From contig MCFE01000451.1 of assembly GCA_002104905.1 (NCBI GenBank), positions 9,056 to 73,055 of the forward strand: 64,000 nt of DNA, in the 5' to 3' direction. Made by a program: the position numbers and the translations under genes. Positions within the stretch are counted from its first letter, which is position 1; each line of letters begins with the position of its first letter. Shown piece by piece: positions 1 through 12,200 of the stretch. The notes under the pieces were generated by a model, which had not been told where the DNA came from, made no database searches, and saw nothing but the letters and a program-made list of their open reading frames with translations. This stretch comes from Basidiobolus meristosporus CBS 931.73 (lineage: Eukaryota; Fungi; Basidiobolomycota).

Positions 1-140
1 AATGGGGAATGTATTTACACACTAGTGAGGGAAGTGCAAGCACACGACCTTAAGTAAACGAGTGAATCCGCAGGGAAGGAAACGAACCGAAATTAATTAT
101 ACATCACCAGAGGGCATCTGGCGCGGCGGACCCACTGACT

Positions 141-2797
141 TCATTTCATGGAGATCTTTTGAAGCCAACTGGTGAGTCCCTGATCCTTGCTGGATCTCAC
201 CTCGACTATGGCCACTTGGGCTTCGCTGTTGGCCTGATCGGTGTCGTCATCGAAGTGAGGGAAAGAAATGTAGGTAGAGGCGGGCCTGCTTCTGGCAACG
301 ATCAACGAATCATCCTCTGAAGTGAAGCGTAGCATGGTGGCCACGAGCGAGTTGCGTTTGCCCAAGGACTTGTCGCTGGCGACGACTGTGGTGGTGTCAC
401 AGAGCTGAATCGAGCCACGACGGACGGGCACCCAGAATTCATCTTTGTTGAGGGAGGATTTACGAAGGGATTCTCCTTGGCTGGTTCTCATTTCTAGTGG
501 ATTTGTCCTGGTCTGATGGGGGAGTGGGTGCGGAAGGGTAGAAATCGAAGGGGGAGCCCAGGGCAAGATGAAGGAGAATTTTACGTCAAATGGTTAACCT
601 GGCTACGAATGCGAGAACCTTGGCTCGGTCAACAAGTGGGATCGGGAATTCCGAGGGAGACGGGAGATCAATGGAATAGCAACTGAATCGATGAGTAGTG
701 TGCTTCCTCCATGCCAGCCGCTAACTTAAATATCTCCCTGGAGGTCACCCTCGTCCAGACATTACCACCGCTTGGTAGGACACCCACCGCTGAAGGTTGG
801 CCAATCCGAGGCCTGAAAATCATGGGGTTTGTGACTTGGACATGCGTGATATCATTTCACCAAATATTTCTGAAAACGATGAACTCATTCATTCGAAATT
901 CTGATATACTTTGTCCCACCACCGTTTGGCTAGGTCACGGTAGCTCCGAGCTAGTGAGCATCCACCGAACCATAGCCAATGATCGACGGATCTAAGATCA
1001 ACAGGGAATTGCGCAGGTGATATACGATTACCAGGTTGAGGCCAGGATAACCTACAGGGAACGCTCAGAGATGGATTGCATGGGCTGTTGTTATGCGGTT
1101 CACTTGGCGGATGGCGGCGGCACGTTGCGTCGTATTCGTCCAATGCCGAACACCACCATCCTTCCCGCCTGGTGCAGCCCTCGTCTGTGAGCGGGTCCAT
1201 CGCTCCTGTGAAGCGCATGTTCCCTGTGTCTGAATTACGCTTCGTCAAAGAAAACGAATCGAATTCCTAAAGAGTCCGGTAAGTGGTGATGACGGTCACC
1301 CGTTGCAGCAAGCCTAGTGTCATCACCACTCTCCACCAATTGTCGGAGGCTTGATTGATGTATCAATAGATAATTCATTACATCAGCGAATCATCAATAC
1401 AGGAATTGGATGTCCGCTCTGCTTAAAACCATTCCTAGTATAGCTATAGTTAGTGTGAATTCGAGATATGAAAATGAGGTCATCCCCCATGCATGGTTTC
1501 ATGCTTTCGTTTTTCGCCAGCGATGCGGAGTTGAGGCGGTATCAGAAGGTCCTCCGCGAGCCACCGTAAGTGGCTACGATCGAGTTTGCACCGGAGGTGA
1601 ATCGGGTCGATTTCGTCTCTGGTAATGATGCGAATCCTCCCGATTCCCGATATTTACTCCCCTCCCATGCCATCTGACCTGAAGGTTGGCCAGCCCTATT
1701 TTTGGCCATGCTGAGTTGATGAGATCCGCAGGCGGCTGATTGGGTTCATTGGGTGGGATTGCCTTGGAGCGCCTTGGTATGCATAAATTCAATGCTGCGT
1801 AATAGGACAGGTTTGTGTGCTTGTATAGGCGAATTTGAGACAAGAAAACGCTAATGACCAATGTCTTGTTTGTGCTGACTTTTATTAACAACACTGTCCA
1901 GCCTGTTTATAGAGCCAAGGTGGTAGAGGGGGGGGGTTGATGACAGCAGTAAGTATCGGGCAAATGAGATTCTGATCCGTGACTCATGGAGATGCTCAGG
2001 GCTAGGGGAGCGCTGATGCGTTGCTGTTTGGATGATGTCAAGGAGCATACACCGCCAACGTAAACAGGAAAGTTGCCTTATCTTCGTCACAAGAGGCTTA
2101 CCGAGGACTTGCTTAAATGGATAGGGAACAAGGGTTCTCGAACCAGAGTACTCCGTCTATCTCGGAGTGCAAGGATTCATCTATAGATATAGAATTCATG
2201 TAAACACTCTCCGAAGATTCTCCATTCTGCTTGGCGTTTGTTGAAAAGGCTGTTTACACCTTAGGGTCCCCCCAGCGGCCCAGTAGAAACCAGCGATGTA
2301 TCTGGGAGTAGATGAAGTTTCTGATTAATATGTACATACCAGTGATGTACACCAGATCCATGAAACCCCATGACAAAGCGGTTGGAAGTCAGAGAGGCCA
2401 TATAATCAGCTAAGCATATGGGATCATTAGAAACCGTTAGCAGTGATGTTCGAGGATTGTTGCTCCTGTTAGATGGTAATCAGAACTCGACCATTGGGAT
2501 GGAATTTATCGAGGGGATTTTCATCTATCTGCGAATGCGATCTCAGCCACGGTAATGTTTCGAAGGTCCACTACCACGCGAACAGGTATAATGAGACATG
2601 TCAGAGGGATTCCAGCTCTGCTAGCCCTTGGAAGCCCATATGATATGTTGTTGCGGGGTCCGATACAGGCCCGATGGGACCACTTGACGGTTTGATATAT
2701 GTTCCCATCCTAGATACTCATCTGGTGTGGCGGAGCGAGATGGAACGCATGTTCGTTTGGCACGATTGGTCGTGTTGTCCAGACCGTTGCTTGACAT
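141..2797 (-). CDS. Probable multi-exon gene, product unidentified; exon structure not resolved
   Basis: Candidate start AAACC-ATG at 2797 (MSSNGLDNTTNRAKRT...). Strong donors GTATGT and GTAAGC and CTAAC-type acceptors on the minus strand. The last block (~513-141, ...SKDQGLTSWLQKISMK*) has the same C-ending codon bias as the HGD gene. I could not assemble a full spliced frame. Confidence 0.3.
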
Positions 2798-3007
2798 GGT
2801 TTGGATATTCTCGAAGTACGTGGTGAGATATAGGATGTGATTGGCTGGCCACCGCAGGCCATCCGCTCTTTTTTCCCAGAAACACCCATAGGTTGGCCAA
2901 TCACCATGTCAGGTGATACAGCCAATCAGGTCCTTTTGATAACACGTTAAATTTCGATGCGGTAGTCGGTTCCCCTCTTGTTCGTTCTCACTTTTCATAT
3001 ATCACAC
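2798..3007. promoter_or_regulatory. Putative bidirectional promoter with three CCAAT boxes
   Basis: GATTGG at 2839-2844, CCAAT at 2897-2901 and CCAAT at 2922-2926, in a 210 bp spacer between divergent starts at 2797 (-) and 3008 (+). Confidence 0.5.
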
Positions 3008-3626
3008 ATGTCGACTGAGTGTAGTTCAGGGGTACTTGATGATGTACGATCCCAGGCTAATACAGTTACCTCCCCCGAAATCTCCAACACAGCCAAAATG
3101 TTGAGCGAATTGCTGAAAGATCCAGTATTGTCCGACATGTCACATGACATCACGCTGGAGGAGGTGCAAAACCTGGTTGCCTACGAGATGGGAAATGCAT
3201 ACCATATCATCATCGATAGGGGGCCGTTATCGAGCGTAGGTAAATTTGAGTGGACTTTTGAACGAACTGACAACACTTCCCTACAACCAGACTGAACCCA
3301 ATCTTCCTCATGTAGACCTGTACATCAAGCACAATGCTCGAGTCAAAGATATCAAATCCTTGCTGAAGGTGAAGCTGGAAAGGGAGAATAAGGCCAAGCC
3401 ATATTCCAGAAAGATCAAATGGTACTCTATTTTCCTGGCAACCCTTTCATGTCCAACCTGCTAACTCAACCAATTTAGGAAGTACATCTGGAGATGCTAC
3501 TGCTTGGTTCTGGATGGCCAGAAGCTGTTATCTGAAAGCCAAAAAGTGGGCACCCTTGGGTTGAAAAATGGGAGCATCCTTAAATTCACCAGATATATCA
3601 AGTCCAAGAAGTCCCTGGTTCAGTAA
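3008..3626 (+). CDS. SNRNP25: U11/U12 small nuclear ribonucleoprotein 25 kDa protein homologue (ubiquitin-like fold); exons 3008-3239, 3316-3421, 3479-3626
   Basis: The spliced product LLKDPVLSDMSHDITLEEVQNLVAYEMGNAY...KDIKSLL...KIKWKYIWRCYCLVLDGQKLLSESQKVGTLGLKNGSILKFTR matches the recalled human SNRNP25 pattern (DPLLCDLPIQVTLEEV...ALEYGQA...ISWSYVWRTYHL...GEKL...YGIRNRDEVSF). Introns are GT-AG at 3240-3315 and 3422-3478, the second with a GCTAAC branch site. Confidence 0.9.
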
Positions 3627-4568
3627 GTTGTGCCCTTCTCCCTGATGGGCCACTATACAAGTGGGGATTTATTGATCATATAGTAGGCTTGATGGCCCTA
3701 AAATCCACCAGTGGCCTAATTTAGTGTAGAGATAGTTAGGTATATTCTTGCCAGATATTGGAGCATTGTTCCATTCACTATCCCACTGGATAATTGGTCA
3801 TGGGTTCATAAGCTGCTGGACCTACTCCTAATAATAAAAGCTGTTAAACCTATCACCTGGAAATACAAACAAACCAGCATCCCTGGTGACATCATGGGAC
3901 AGCAGAATCTCTACAATTCAATAGGGCCCAACATCTGTGCGGATGCTATTGTTGAGTGCTAGCTGAATATTAGTCACCCAGACCACCAATTGCATCCTGG
4001 GGAAACAGCAGCCAGAAGGCCAACCTCCAATGAACATCACCCAACTGGTGAATAGGGTGATATTGCCCAGAACCCCCAAACCATGCTCAACACTAAATCT
4101 TTGATGGAGACACCAATCCCCCCCCCTGTGGGATTGATTTGGTAGGCGTTTCACATCGCATCATATCCATACATTTCAGAAAACACTCATTGGCCCAGAT
4201 TCACGGAACGAATCCACCAAGTGCTGATGGTTGGGGGTAGTGCCAAGAATACACGAAGCAAAACGCTACGAAAGTGTGGGAAACTGGTGGAGGATTACGT
4301 AATGATCCAAGATGGAGGGTAGTGTTCAGGGTTTATACAGAACCCGTAGGATTTATTGGCTTTGTGCAAGTGGTGGTGGTTCCAGGCCAGCAAAGGGAAA
4401 ACGGCGTGGACTCAGAAGTTCCTGGATTCCAGGTAGGGTAGGGATATCATGAACCTATCGAGGGGGGAGGGGTGGGGTTTGGTTACTGTTATGGTTACTG
4501 AGATGGTATTGATATGCTATATGATGTGCTAACTCCCCCTATCTTCCTCGTCCGAACAACGTGGCGAT

Positions 4569-6021
4569 TCATTTTTGGTTGGGATTGAATTGGCTTTTGA
4601 GTCCTTGCCACGCCATATAGTAATCCTCCTGGACCTTCTCGGATTCGTTGATGGCCCATTGGGTGGTACGGAAGTAGAGGGTACTCTCGAACATGAATGC
4701 TTGGGTACCGTCGGCCACGCGGACTGGCTTCAACTCGGCTTGACTAGCCTTGTCGAAGGTGGTGGCGTCGGGTCCGTGAGGGGTCATGATGCTGTGCAAA
4801 CTGGCACCTCCGGGAAGGAAGCCACCAGCCTTGGCCTCGTATTCACCGGTGATGAGTCCCATGAACTCCGACATGCAGTTACGATGGAAGTAGGGTGGAC
4901 GGAAGGTGTGCTCACCACATGCCCATCTGGGTGGGAAGATGACGAAATCAGCGATGGCCACTCCGGCGTGGGCGGATTTGCAGGTGAGGACGGTAAAGAT
5001 CGATGGATCGGGGTGGTCGAAGGTGACGGTGTTCATGGCATTGAAGTGGGCCAGGTTGTACTTGTAGGGGGCGTAGTTTCCGTGCCAGGCGACGACGTTG
5101 TATGGGGAGTGGTCCATCTCGGCGACGAAGAGCTCTCCGTCGAATTTTGAGATCAAGGACCACTCGCCCTGCGCCTCTTCGTAGGATGCGACGGGGGTTT
5201 GGAAGTCACGTGGGTTGGCCAGGCCGTTGGCTCCGATGGGCCCGAGGTCTGGCAACTCGAAATGTCCGCTGAAGACCTCAAGAACGTATCCCCTACTAGG
5301 GCCGTCGGGTAGGGCGACGGAGAACCGGATGCCACGTTGGATGACGCAGATCTCGTTGGGATCCACATCGATGTATCCGAACTCTGTACGAATCTCCAGG
5401 CGACCTTGCTGTGGTACGATCAAGAAGTCCCCGTCGGAGTTGTAGAACGAGGTGTTGGTCATGTTCTTGTTGGCCATGTAGACGTGGATCGCGAGCCCCT
5501 CCTTGACGCTTGGGTCACCAGCACCGCAAACAGTCTTCAGGCCCTGAACGAAGTCGATTTGGGCGTCGGATTCCGGAAGATCGAACGGGCTCCAGCGAAT
5601 CTGGGTGGGGGTGATGACACAGCTCTTCTTGTCGAACGTCGAGAAGAGAAGGGGGTGCTCTAACTTTCGGAAGGGCTTGTGGCAGACCGAGGGACGGATT
5701 CGGTAAAGCCAGCTAGCAGTGACTATTGTTAGTGGTGGATGTGGAGTGGGGTGCGGCTGGGCTCGGCTGCCTACCTTCTTTGGTTGTGAGTTCTTGGTAC
5801 GGTGAAAGCAGTGCCTGACAGCTGCTCAGCATACAGGTTGTATGGGCATACTTGGGGCGAGTTTTGGCCTGTCAACAATGGCAAGGTTTAATGAGGATGG
5901 TGGGATGGAGATGCCACGGTGGAACTACATTTGGTGTACCTATTGGTAGGGCCCCAGGCAAGGCTTCCGATGAGAAATGCGATGCGAATCCTGACAAATA
6001 TTGGCGAGTAGATGTGGACAT
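4569..6021 (-). CDS. hmgA: Homogentisate 1,2-dioxygenase, 439 aa; exons 6021-5940, 5868-5775, 5712-4569
   Basis: Spliced frame [12 protein letters not shown]...[22 protein letters not shown]...[10 protein letters not shown]...[15 protein letters not shown]...[21 protein letters not shown]...[15 protein letters not shown]...[12 protein letters not shown]. These are diagnostic HGD motifs including the Fe-binding His/Glu/His. Introns are 71 and 62 nt, GT-AG. Confidence 0.97.
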
Positions 6022-8252
6022 GGTGCGCTGATGTAACTGAAGGGAGAACTGAATCGATATCGAATGGTGCCATCCCTCTGGGGGATTAAATACGGATACG
6101 GGGGACCTCCTTCACACGCTCATGTGATGTACGGTGTTCACCCAACTATTTCCGAGTTTGCTGACGTCCCACAGGAGTCATGTGTGTAATCAAGCTTGGG
6201 AATTCGTGAGAAGAATGATGGTCAATAGGGTGGTTCCTGCTCGGCAGAATGCACCCCGTTCTGTAGATTCTTTCACACGACTCTATTTGGCTCTGGGCCT
6301 GCTGGTGAGAAGGCCCACTCCGCTCGAGCAGAGCAGATCTCGAGAAGCAAGCACCCCATTCAGAGCGGCTGAACCGGCGGGCAGTTGCGAAGTGGACGGA
6401 GGCTGGTCGTATCCATTCGAAAGCCCGGGCTGAGGTGTCCGTTCACCCCGCATGGCTCTGCACTATGGTGTCGAATCAAATCGCGTGATGAATGGCATCA
6501 GGTTGACAAATGAATGGAGGGGTGCTCGAGTCGATGAGAAATTATGAAAGAAAAAGGGAGGGTGCTTTCGCCTGGGCCAATCACCTTCGTCGGCGCTGGG
6601 ATCAACGTTGCGCAAGCTTCTTAGCGTTCCTACTGTGTTGCGCAAGTGATATGATAAATGGATATGTGCACACCATCATTTGTACTCTATAGGCTACTTC
6701 CATCGATCCATTCCGGTCTAGTGGCTGATTGCTGGTCTTGGATCATTCTCCATGCCCTCAAAGTTCCGCCAAGGTTCGGTCCACTCCATGGATTCTACAG
6801 GTCGCATCGTTGCAGGGACATTTCATGTCACGAGGCGTGTACCACCGCCCGCGTGAATGCTGCATCATCAGTTGGCTCATCAAGGGATTGTTATGGCCGC
6901 CTGTATGATTGCCTAGATTATGAGGCGGGTTGCCTGTTCTACGACATGCATTTAGCATGATTGACCATGATACAAGTACGGATTCCATCCCAACCAAGAA
7001 CTTACCGGGATGTGCGATGTTCCAACCTCCCAATGATGTATTACTCACGATTACGTTGGGCCTTCGCAATGGACTGACCCATGAGTGATTTCGTGACCGC
7101 AATAGCTCGGCCTCGCGGTTGCTCCTCACGCCGCAACAAATGATGTGCGAGACTGGGTTTAGTACGTATCAACGCCACGGTTGGAAGCGTGGATTGGATT
7201 CAGATACGATGCAGATTTGCACCAAGGAGGTAAAAGCTGGCATCTATAGCCGTTGCCCGATAACAAACATCCACAAACGTGCATGCTAGGATTATCCCCA
7301 GAGGGTCTGGGGTGGGTGCCGATACGAATTCCAATGGATGCGCTTGCCTCGTGATCGCTCGGCTTGATACGGGTGATGTTAAGCTGGCTTGATGAGAAAC
7401 CTCGGAAGGCAAAGTGCTGACCCTGAGGATACTCGTTTGTCTGCTATATCAGCATGACCGGCGCTCCGTCACCTTAGAGACGTCGGTGGTATTCAACTGG
7501 TTGTGTAACATGGTGGTGAACTTTATTTCTGTGACCTTTTCCTTCGTTACCAACATTCCAGGGGATCAATCCCTACCCATGTAATCGTTCTTGGTTGACC
7601 TTTCATTGAGCTGTTGAACAGCCTAAGCTGGTGACCTCTGTTCATTCCCCCCAATGTGATCTAGTTTGGAGAGTAGAGTATGGCCCTTGCTAATTGGTAC
7701 TCGGGTGCACACCATACGAAATATCTGCTCGCAAAGTGAAAGACCAATAGTGTCGTATTCAGTGGATTTATACTGACCGCAGGTGGGTAGCTTACAAGGC
7801 GAAAATTCTTTTCAGCCCCGAGTTGTTGGAACACCTTGTTCTCGTCGTGGATCAGTAGAGCTCAACTTCATGTGTTCCTTTAGTAGGTGGGGACTGCCCT
7901 CTTGAAATACCCTAACTCACGTTACCAGAGCTCATATCGTCGGTTTAGACCTTGGTTCCTTGCAACCAACACGCTCACTCCAATATCCTGTGATGCCTAT
8001 TTCCCTCAGGTCCTTGCATCGCTCTTGGCCAACTCTTGTTCTAGTTACATTCCAGGACTTCTGACCTCATGGGACACCTCAGGTCGCTAGAATGCTCGAG
8101 TTATCACGAGATAGATTTCTTGCACCAAAGTGTAGACATTTCATTTGGCCTAAAGAAACCTTCGGCACCTTCAAAACTCTTCATACTAGCGCAAATGGCC
8201 CAAACTTTGTCCTTCACCTCATGGTAGTTGACTTCAGCTTTCTTATCGTTAG

Positions 8253-8340
8253 CCTTTCAAAATCATAGAGAATCCTGGTCATATTCCTTGTTTGAATTTA
8301 ATTAGAATATTTACAACAAAACACCAGGCACCAAGAAAAT
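8253..8340 (+). repeat. Old internal fragment of a Copia-1 LTR; marks the start of the TE nest
   Basis: AAATCATAGAGAATCCTGGTCATATTCCTTGTTTGAATTT aligns with LTR sequence AAATCCTAGAGAATACTGACCAAATTCCTTGTTGGGATTT. Confidence 0.6.
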
Positions 8341-9213
8341 GTTGTAAAAGCTTGTAATTCCACCTAGATACTCACTGAACTCAGTCACTTAGATCATTAC
8401 CAACAGAACCAAGAGAATACTGACCAAATTCCTTGTTGAAATTTATTTGGAATATTTTCACCAAAACAGGAGGTACCCATGATATGAAGATTCTCAAAGC
8501 ACTCCAAAAAGCCCTAGATTTTGCCCACATGCTCTTATAGCCTTCCTAAACATATTCTATGTGTTTGTCTTGCCAAGAATATGGAAAAGCACAAAAACTA
8601 CTTTTACATTCATCAAAACCAAATGAAAACCACGTAAACTACTTGATTGCCCAGCCAATTCCATTATCTAAAAGATTCTTACAATGGGCTATAACCCCCA
8701 AGTTATCTCTTTCTGTAATGTCTACTAATGCTATAACTGGAACTTTGCCCAGTACTGAAAAGTTGGATGGATCTAACAACCAAGTGTGGAAAGTGAAGAT
8801 GAAGATAATGCTACAGGAACAAGGCCTTTGGGATATTCTTATGGGAGAGAAATGCCCTTCCAAAAGTGTAGAAGAGGAAGCCTCAAAGCTCCCAAAGCAA
8901 GACCAAAGTGTCCTCAAATGCATTTTGCCTAATGTCAAAGACAAATTGCAAATTCAATGCTCAAGAGCAAAAATAGCAAAAAATGCCTGCAAGGCATCAG
9001 AAGACACCTATCAGTCATGTTCTGCTGCTAAGAGAATGTATCTCAGAAGAAAATTCTTTACCATAAAGTTGTTGCCTGGAGAATAAATGAAAAACCTATT
9101 TAACAGAATTACCCAGTGGTTTGTGATATGGAATCAGTGGGTGCACCAACTGCTGATGAAGATGTGATAGTTGCCATTCTGACTAGCCTGAGAGACAAGC
9201 TACAGGGCCTTCT
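8341..9213 (+). mobile_element. Copia-1 copy D: diverged 5' LTR (~8341-8682) plus gag fragment; left half of a split element
   Basis: TGTTGTAAAAG start. Gag EKLDGSNNQVWKVKMK is homologous to copy A and breaks off at the position equivalent to A ~10151. Confidence 0.8.
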
Positions 9214-9274
9214 TGTTGTAACAGTCTTGGAGATATTGGAAGTGATTGGGAGGACAAGTAGATTATGTAGTTTT
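9214..9274 (-). repeat. Terminal ~60 bp of an inverted Copia-1 LTR (probable 3' LTR remnant of copy B)
   Basis: Reverse complement is ...CCCAATCACTTCCAATATCTCCAAGACTGTTACAACA, which is the LTR end. Confidence 0.75.
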
Positions 9275-12200
9275 TGTTGTAAAAGTTTGTAATTCCACCT
9301 AAGTATTCACCTAACTTAGTCACTTAGATCATTACCTTCAAATCCTAGAGAATACTGACCAAATTCCTTGTTGGGATTTACTTGGAATATTTTCACCAAA
9401 ATACCTGGTACCCAGAACATGAAAATTCTCAAAGTTGTCCAAACAGCCCCAAACTTTGCACACATGTTCTTGGGACCTTCCTTAAGCTATTCTACGAGTT
9501 TGTAATGCCAAGACCAGGTAAACGTATAAATACTACTTTTACATTCAATAAATCATTAAGTGAAAACCACATAATCTACTTGTTCTCCCAATCACTTCCA
9601 ATATCTCCAAGACTCTTACAACAGGTTATGAGCCCCAAGCTGTCACTCTCTGCAATGTCTACTACTGCTATTACTGGAATTTTCCCCACTGCTGAAAAGT
9701 TGGATGGATCTAACTACCAAGTGTGGAAGGTGAAGATGAAGATGCTGCTACAAGAAAGAGGCCTTTAGGATATTGTCATGGGAGAAGAATGCCCTCCTAA
9801 AAAAGTGGGAGAGGAAGCCTTAGAGTACTAGAAGAAAGAACAAAGTGCCTTTAACTGCATTTGCCTTAATGTCAAGGACAAATTGCTAATTCAATGCTCA
9901 AGAGCAAAAACGGCAAAGAATGCCTGGAAAGCATTGGAAGACACCTACCAGTCATGTTCAGCTGCCAAGAAAATGTATCTGAGACAAAAACTCTTTCCTA
10001 CAAAGATGCTGCCAGGAGTAGAAATGAAAAATCTAATTAACAGAATTACCCTGCTAGTAGATGAGATGGTATCTGTGGGCGTACCAACTACTGATGAGGA
10101 TGTGATAGTTACCATCCTGAATAGCCTGACAGACAAGTTTCAGGGCCTTGTATCAGCCCTAGAGTCCAGAACTGAAGATTTGATCTTAAATTACGTATAT
10201 GGAAGGCTCCTGGATGAAGAATTAAGAAAATCAAGCACCAATAAGAAGGAAGAAGAAAATGCTTTAATAAGCAATGATAGCCAACAAAGGAGATACCCAA
10301 GACCCTACAAAGGCAACAGCAACCTATTTTGCAACTACGGCAAAAGGAAAGGACACACATGAGACCGGTGTCTCAAAAAGAGAGATTATCAGCAAAAGAA
10401 GCCTGAATATGGAAATGCTGCAACAACTGAAGATAGACCATTCATATCTGCACTAAATATGACCACAAACAAGAATTCTCAGACGTGGTATATTGACTCT
10501 GGAGCTTCTCAACACTTTACACACCAAAAAGAGCTTTTTACCCAATATCAAGAAATTCCAATTATGAAGGTTTTCATGGGTGACAATAGAACACTTGATG
10601 CAGTGGGAGAAGGAACTATCCAAGTAAATCTTAGAAGCAGTGAAGGAAGCCATACACTGACCTTTAAAGAAGTACTCTATGTACCAGAAATAGCCAAGAA
10701 CCTACTCTCTGTAAGCAAGGCCACAGCAGAAGGACTCAGTTTCAGTTTTGACAATTCTGGATGCAGCATCACTGATCAAAATGGTGCCCATATTGCTTTG
10801 GGCATCAGAGATCAGAATCTATACAAGTTGACTGATATTCCATCATATTTGGAAGCCAATATAAGTAACTTAAATGAAGAAACATCAATGCTTTGACACA
10901 GGAGATTTGGACACATCAATTTTGATTATTTGCACAAAATGATCAAAGATCAGCTAGTTTCTGGAGTAAAAGTTGATCCCTCAGCTAACTTGGAGCACTG
11001 TGAAGCCTGCATATATGGGAAACAAGCCAGACAACCGTTCAAGAGCTCTGGATTAATCAAAACTAAGAGAAAATTAGATCTAATTCACTCAGATCTGTGT
11101 GGACCTATGCAAAATTTATCCTTAGGTGGGATGAAGTATTTAATCACTTTTATTGATGATTATACAAGATAAACATGGGTCTACTTCATGGAGAGAAAGG
11201 AAGAAGCTCTGTCTAAGCTCAGGGAGTTTAAAGCCATGGTGGAGAGAGAAACTGGTGAAAAAATCAAGAAAATACGCTCTGACAATGGTGGAGAATATAC
11301 CTCAAAGCTCTTCATCCACTTCTGCAAAATTTATGGGATAAAGCAAGAGACTACTGTACCATACCACCCATAGCAAAATGGCATAGCAGAACAAGCTAAC
11401 AGATCAATAATTGATATGGCAAGATCTATGATCCATGATCAAAAATTAACCTATGATTTTTAGGCGGAATCAGTTGCCACTGCTGTATATCATAAAAATA
11501 GGAGTTATAACAGAATACTTTGTGATTCTACTCCATTTGCAGCATAGTATGGATACATACCAAGTGCAGAACATCTAAGAACATTTGCATATACAGCATA
11601 TGCCAAAAAACTAGCCAGAAATCAGTCAAAATTTGAGCCAAAAAGTGTAAAATGCATATTTTTGGGTTACTGCAATGAGAGTAAAGTATACAGACTCTAC
11701 AATACCAAAGCAAAGAAGCTTATCAAGTCCAGGGATGTGTTGCTTGATGAAGATTCAAAATTTTCACAAAAAATGACATCAGATGTTGACAAAAATTTGA
11801 TCTCAAGTCCACCAATTGTCAGGATCGAATTAGAGCAAAACAATGAGAATTTTTTCACTCCAGAGGACTCTACAACCGTGGTTCAGCCAGAATCAGTGCC
11901 CAGGAATATCCCAGAAGTATCATTCCAGTATCAAATGCCCGGAGATCAAATTGGACAAGAAATAGCCCAAATTACTATATCAATGAGGGTACAAACTTAG
12001 CCTATGCCTATTCAGTCCATATTGATGAGCCCCAGACTGTAAAAGAGGCCCTAAAAAGCCCTCAGATAAAGTTTTGTAGATCTGCAATGACTGAGGAATA
12101 TCAGGCCCTGATGGAAAATCAAACTTGGGACTTAGTCAAATTACCAATCAACCAAAAATCAATTAGATGCAGATGGGTCTTCAAGACAAAATACAAGGCT

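Noticed and set aside
4575-5663. + strand ORFs 4575-5150, 5215-5445 and 5337-5663
   Set aside because: They are antisense shadows of the codon-biased HGD gene.
7363-7432. Possible U12-type intron on the minus strand (GTATCCTCA...CAGCTTAAC...AAG), plus ATATCCTG at 7983 on +
   Set aside because: The donor and branch sites deviate from RTATCCTTT and TTCCTTAAC, no gene model supports them, and the frame reads through without splicing.
7927-7975. AHIVGLDLGSLQPT resembling a methyltransferase or actin-like ATPase motif
   Set aside because: It is a short isolated match with no supporting flanking motifs or frame.
1-8252. Tyrosine-catabolism gene cluster around hmgA (fahA, maiA, hppD as in Aspergillus)
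   Set aside because: I found no FAH, GST-zeta or HPPD motifs in the neighbouring frames I translated.
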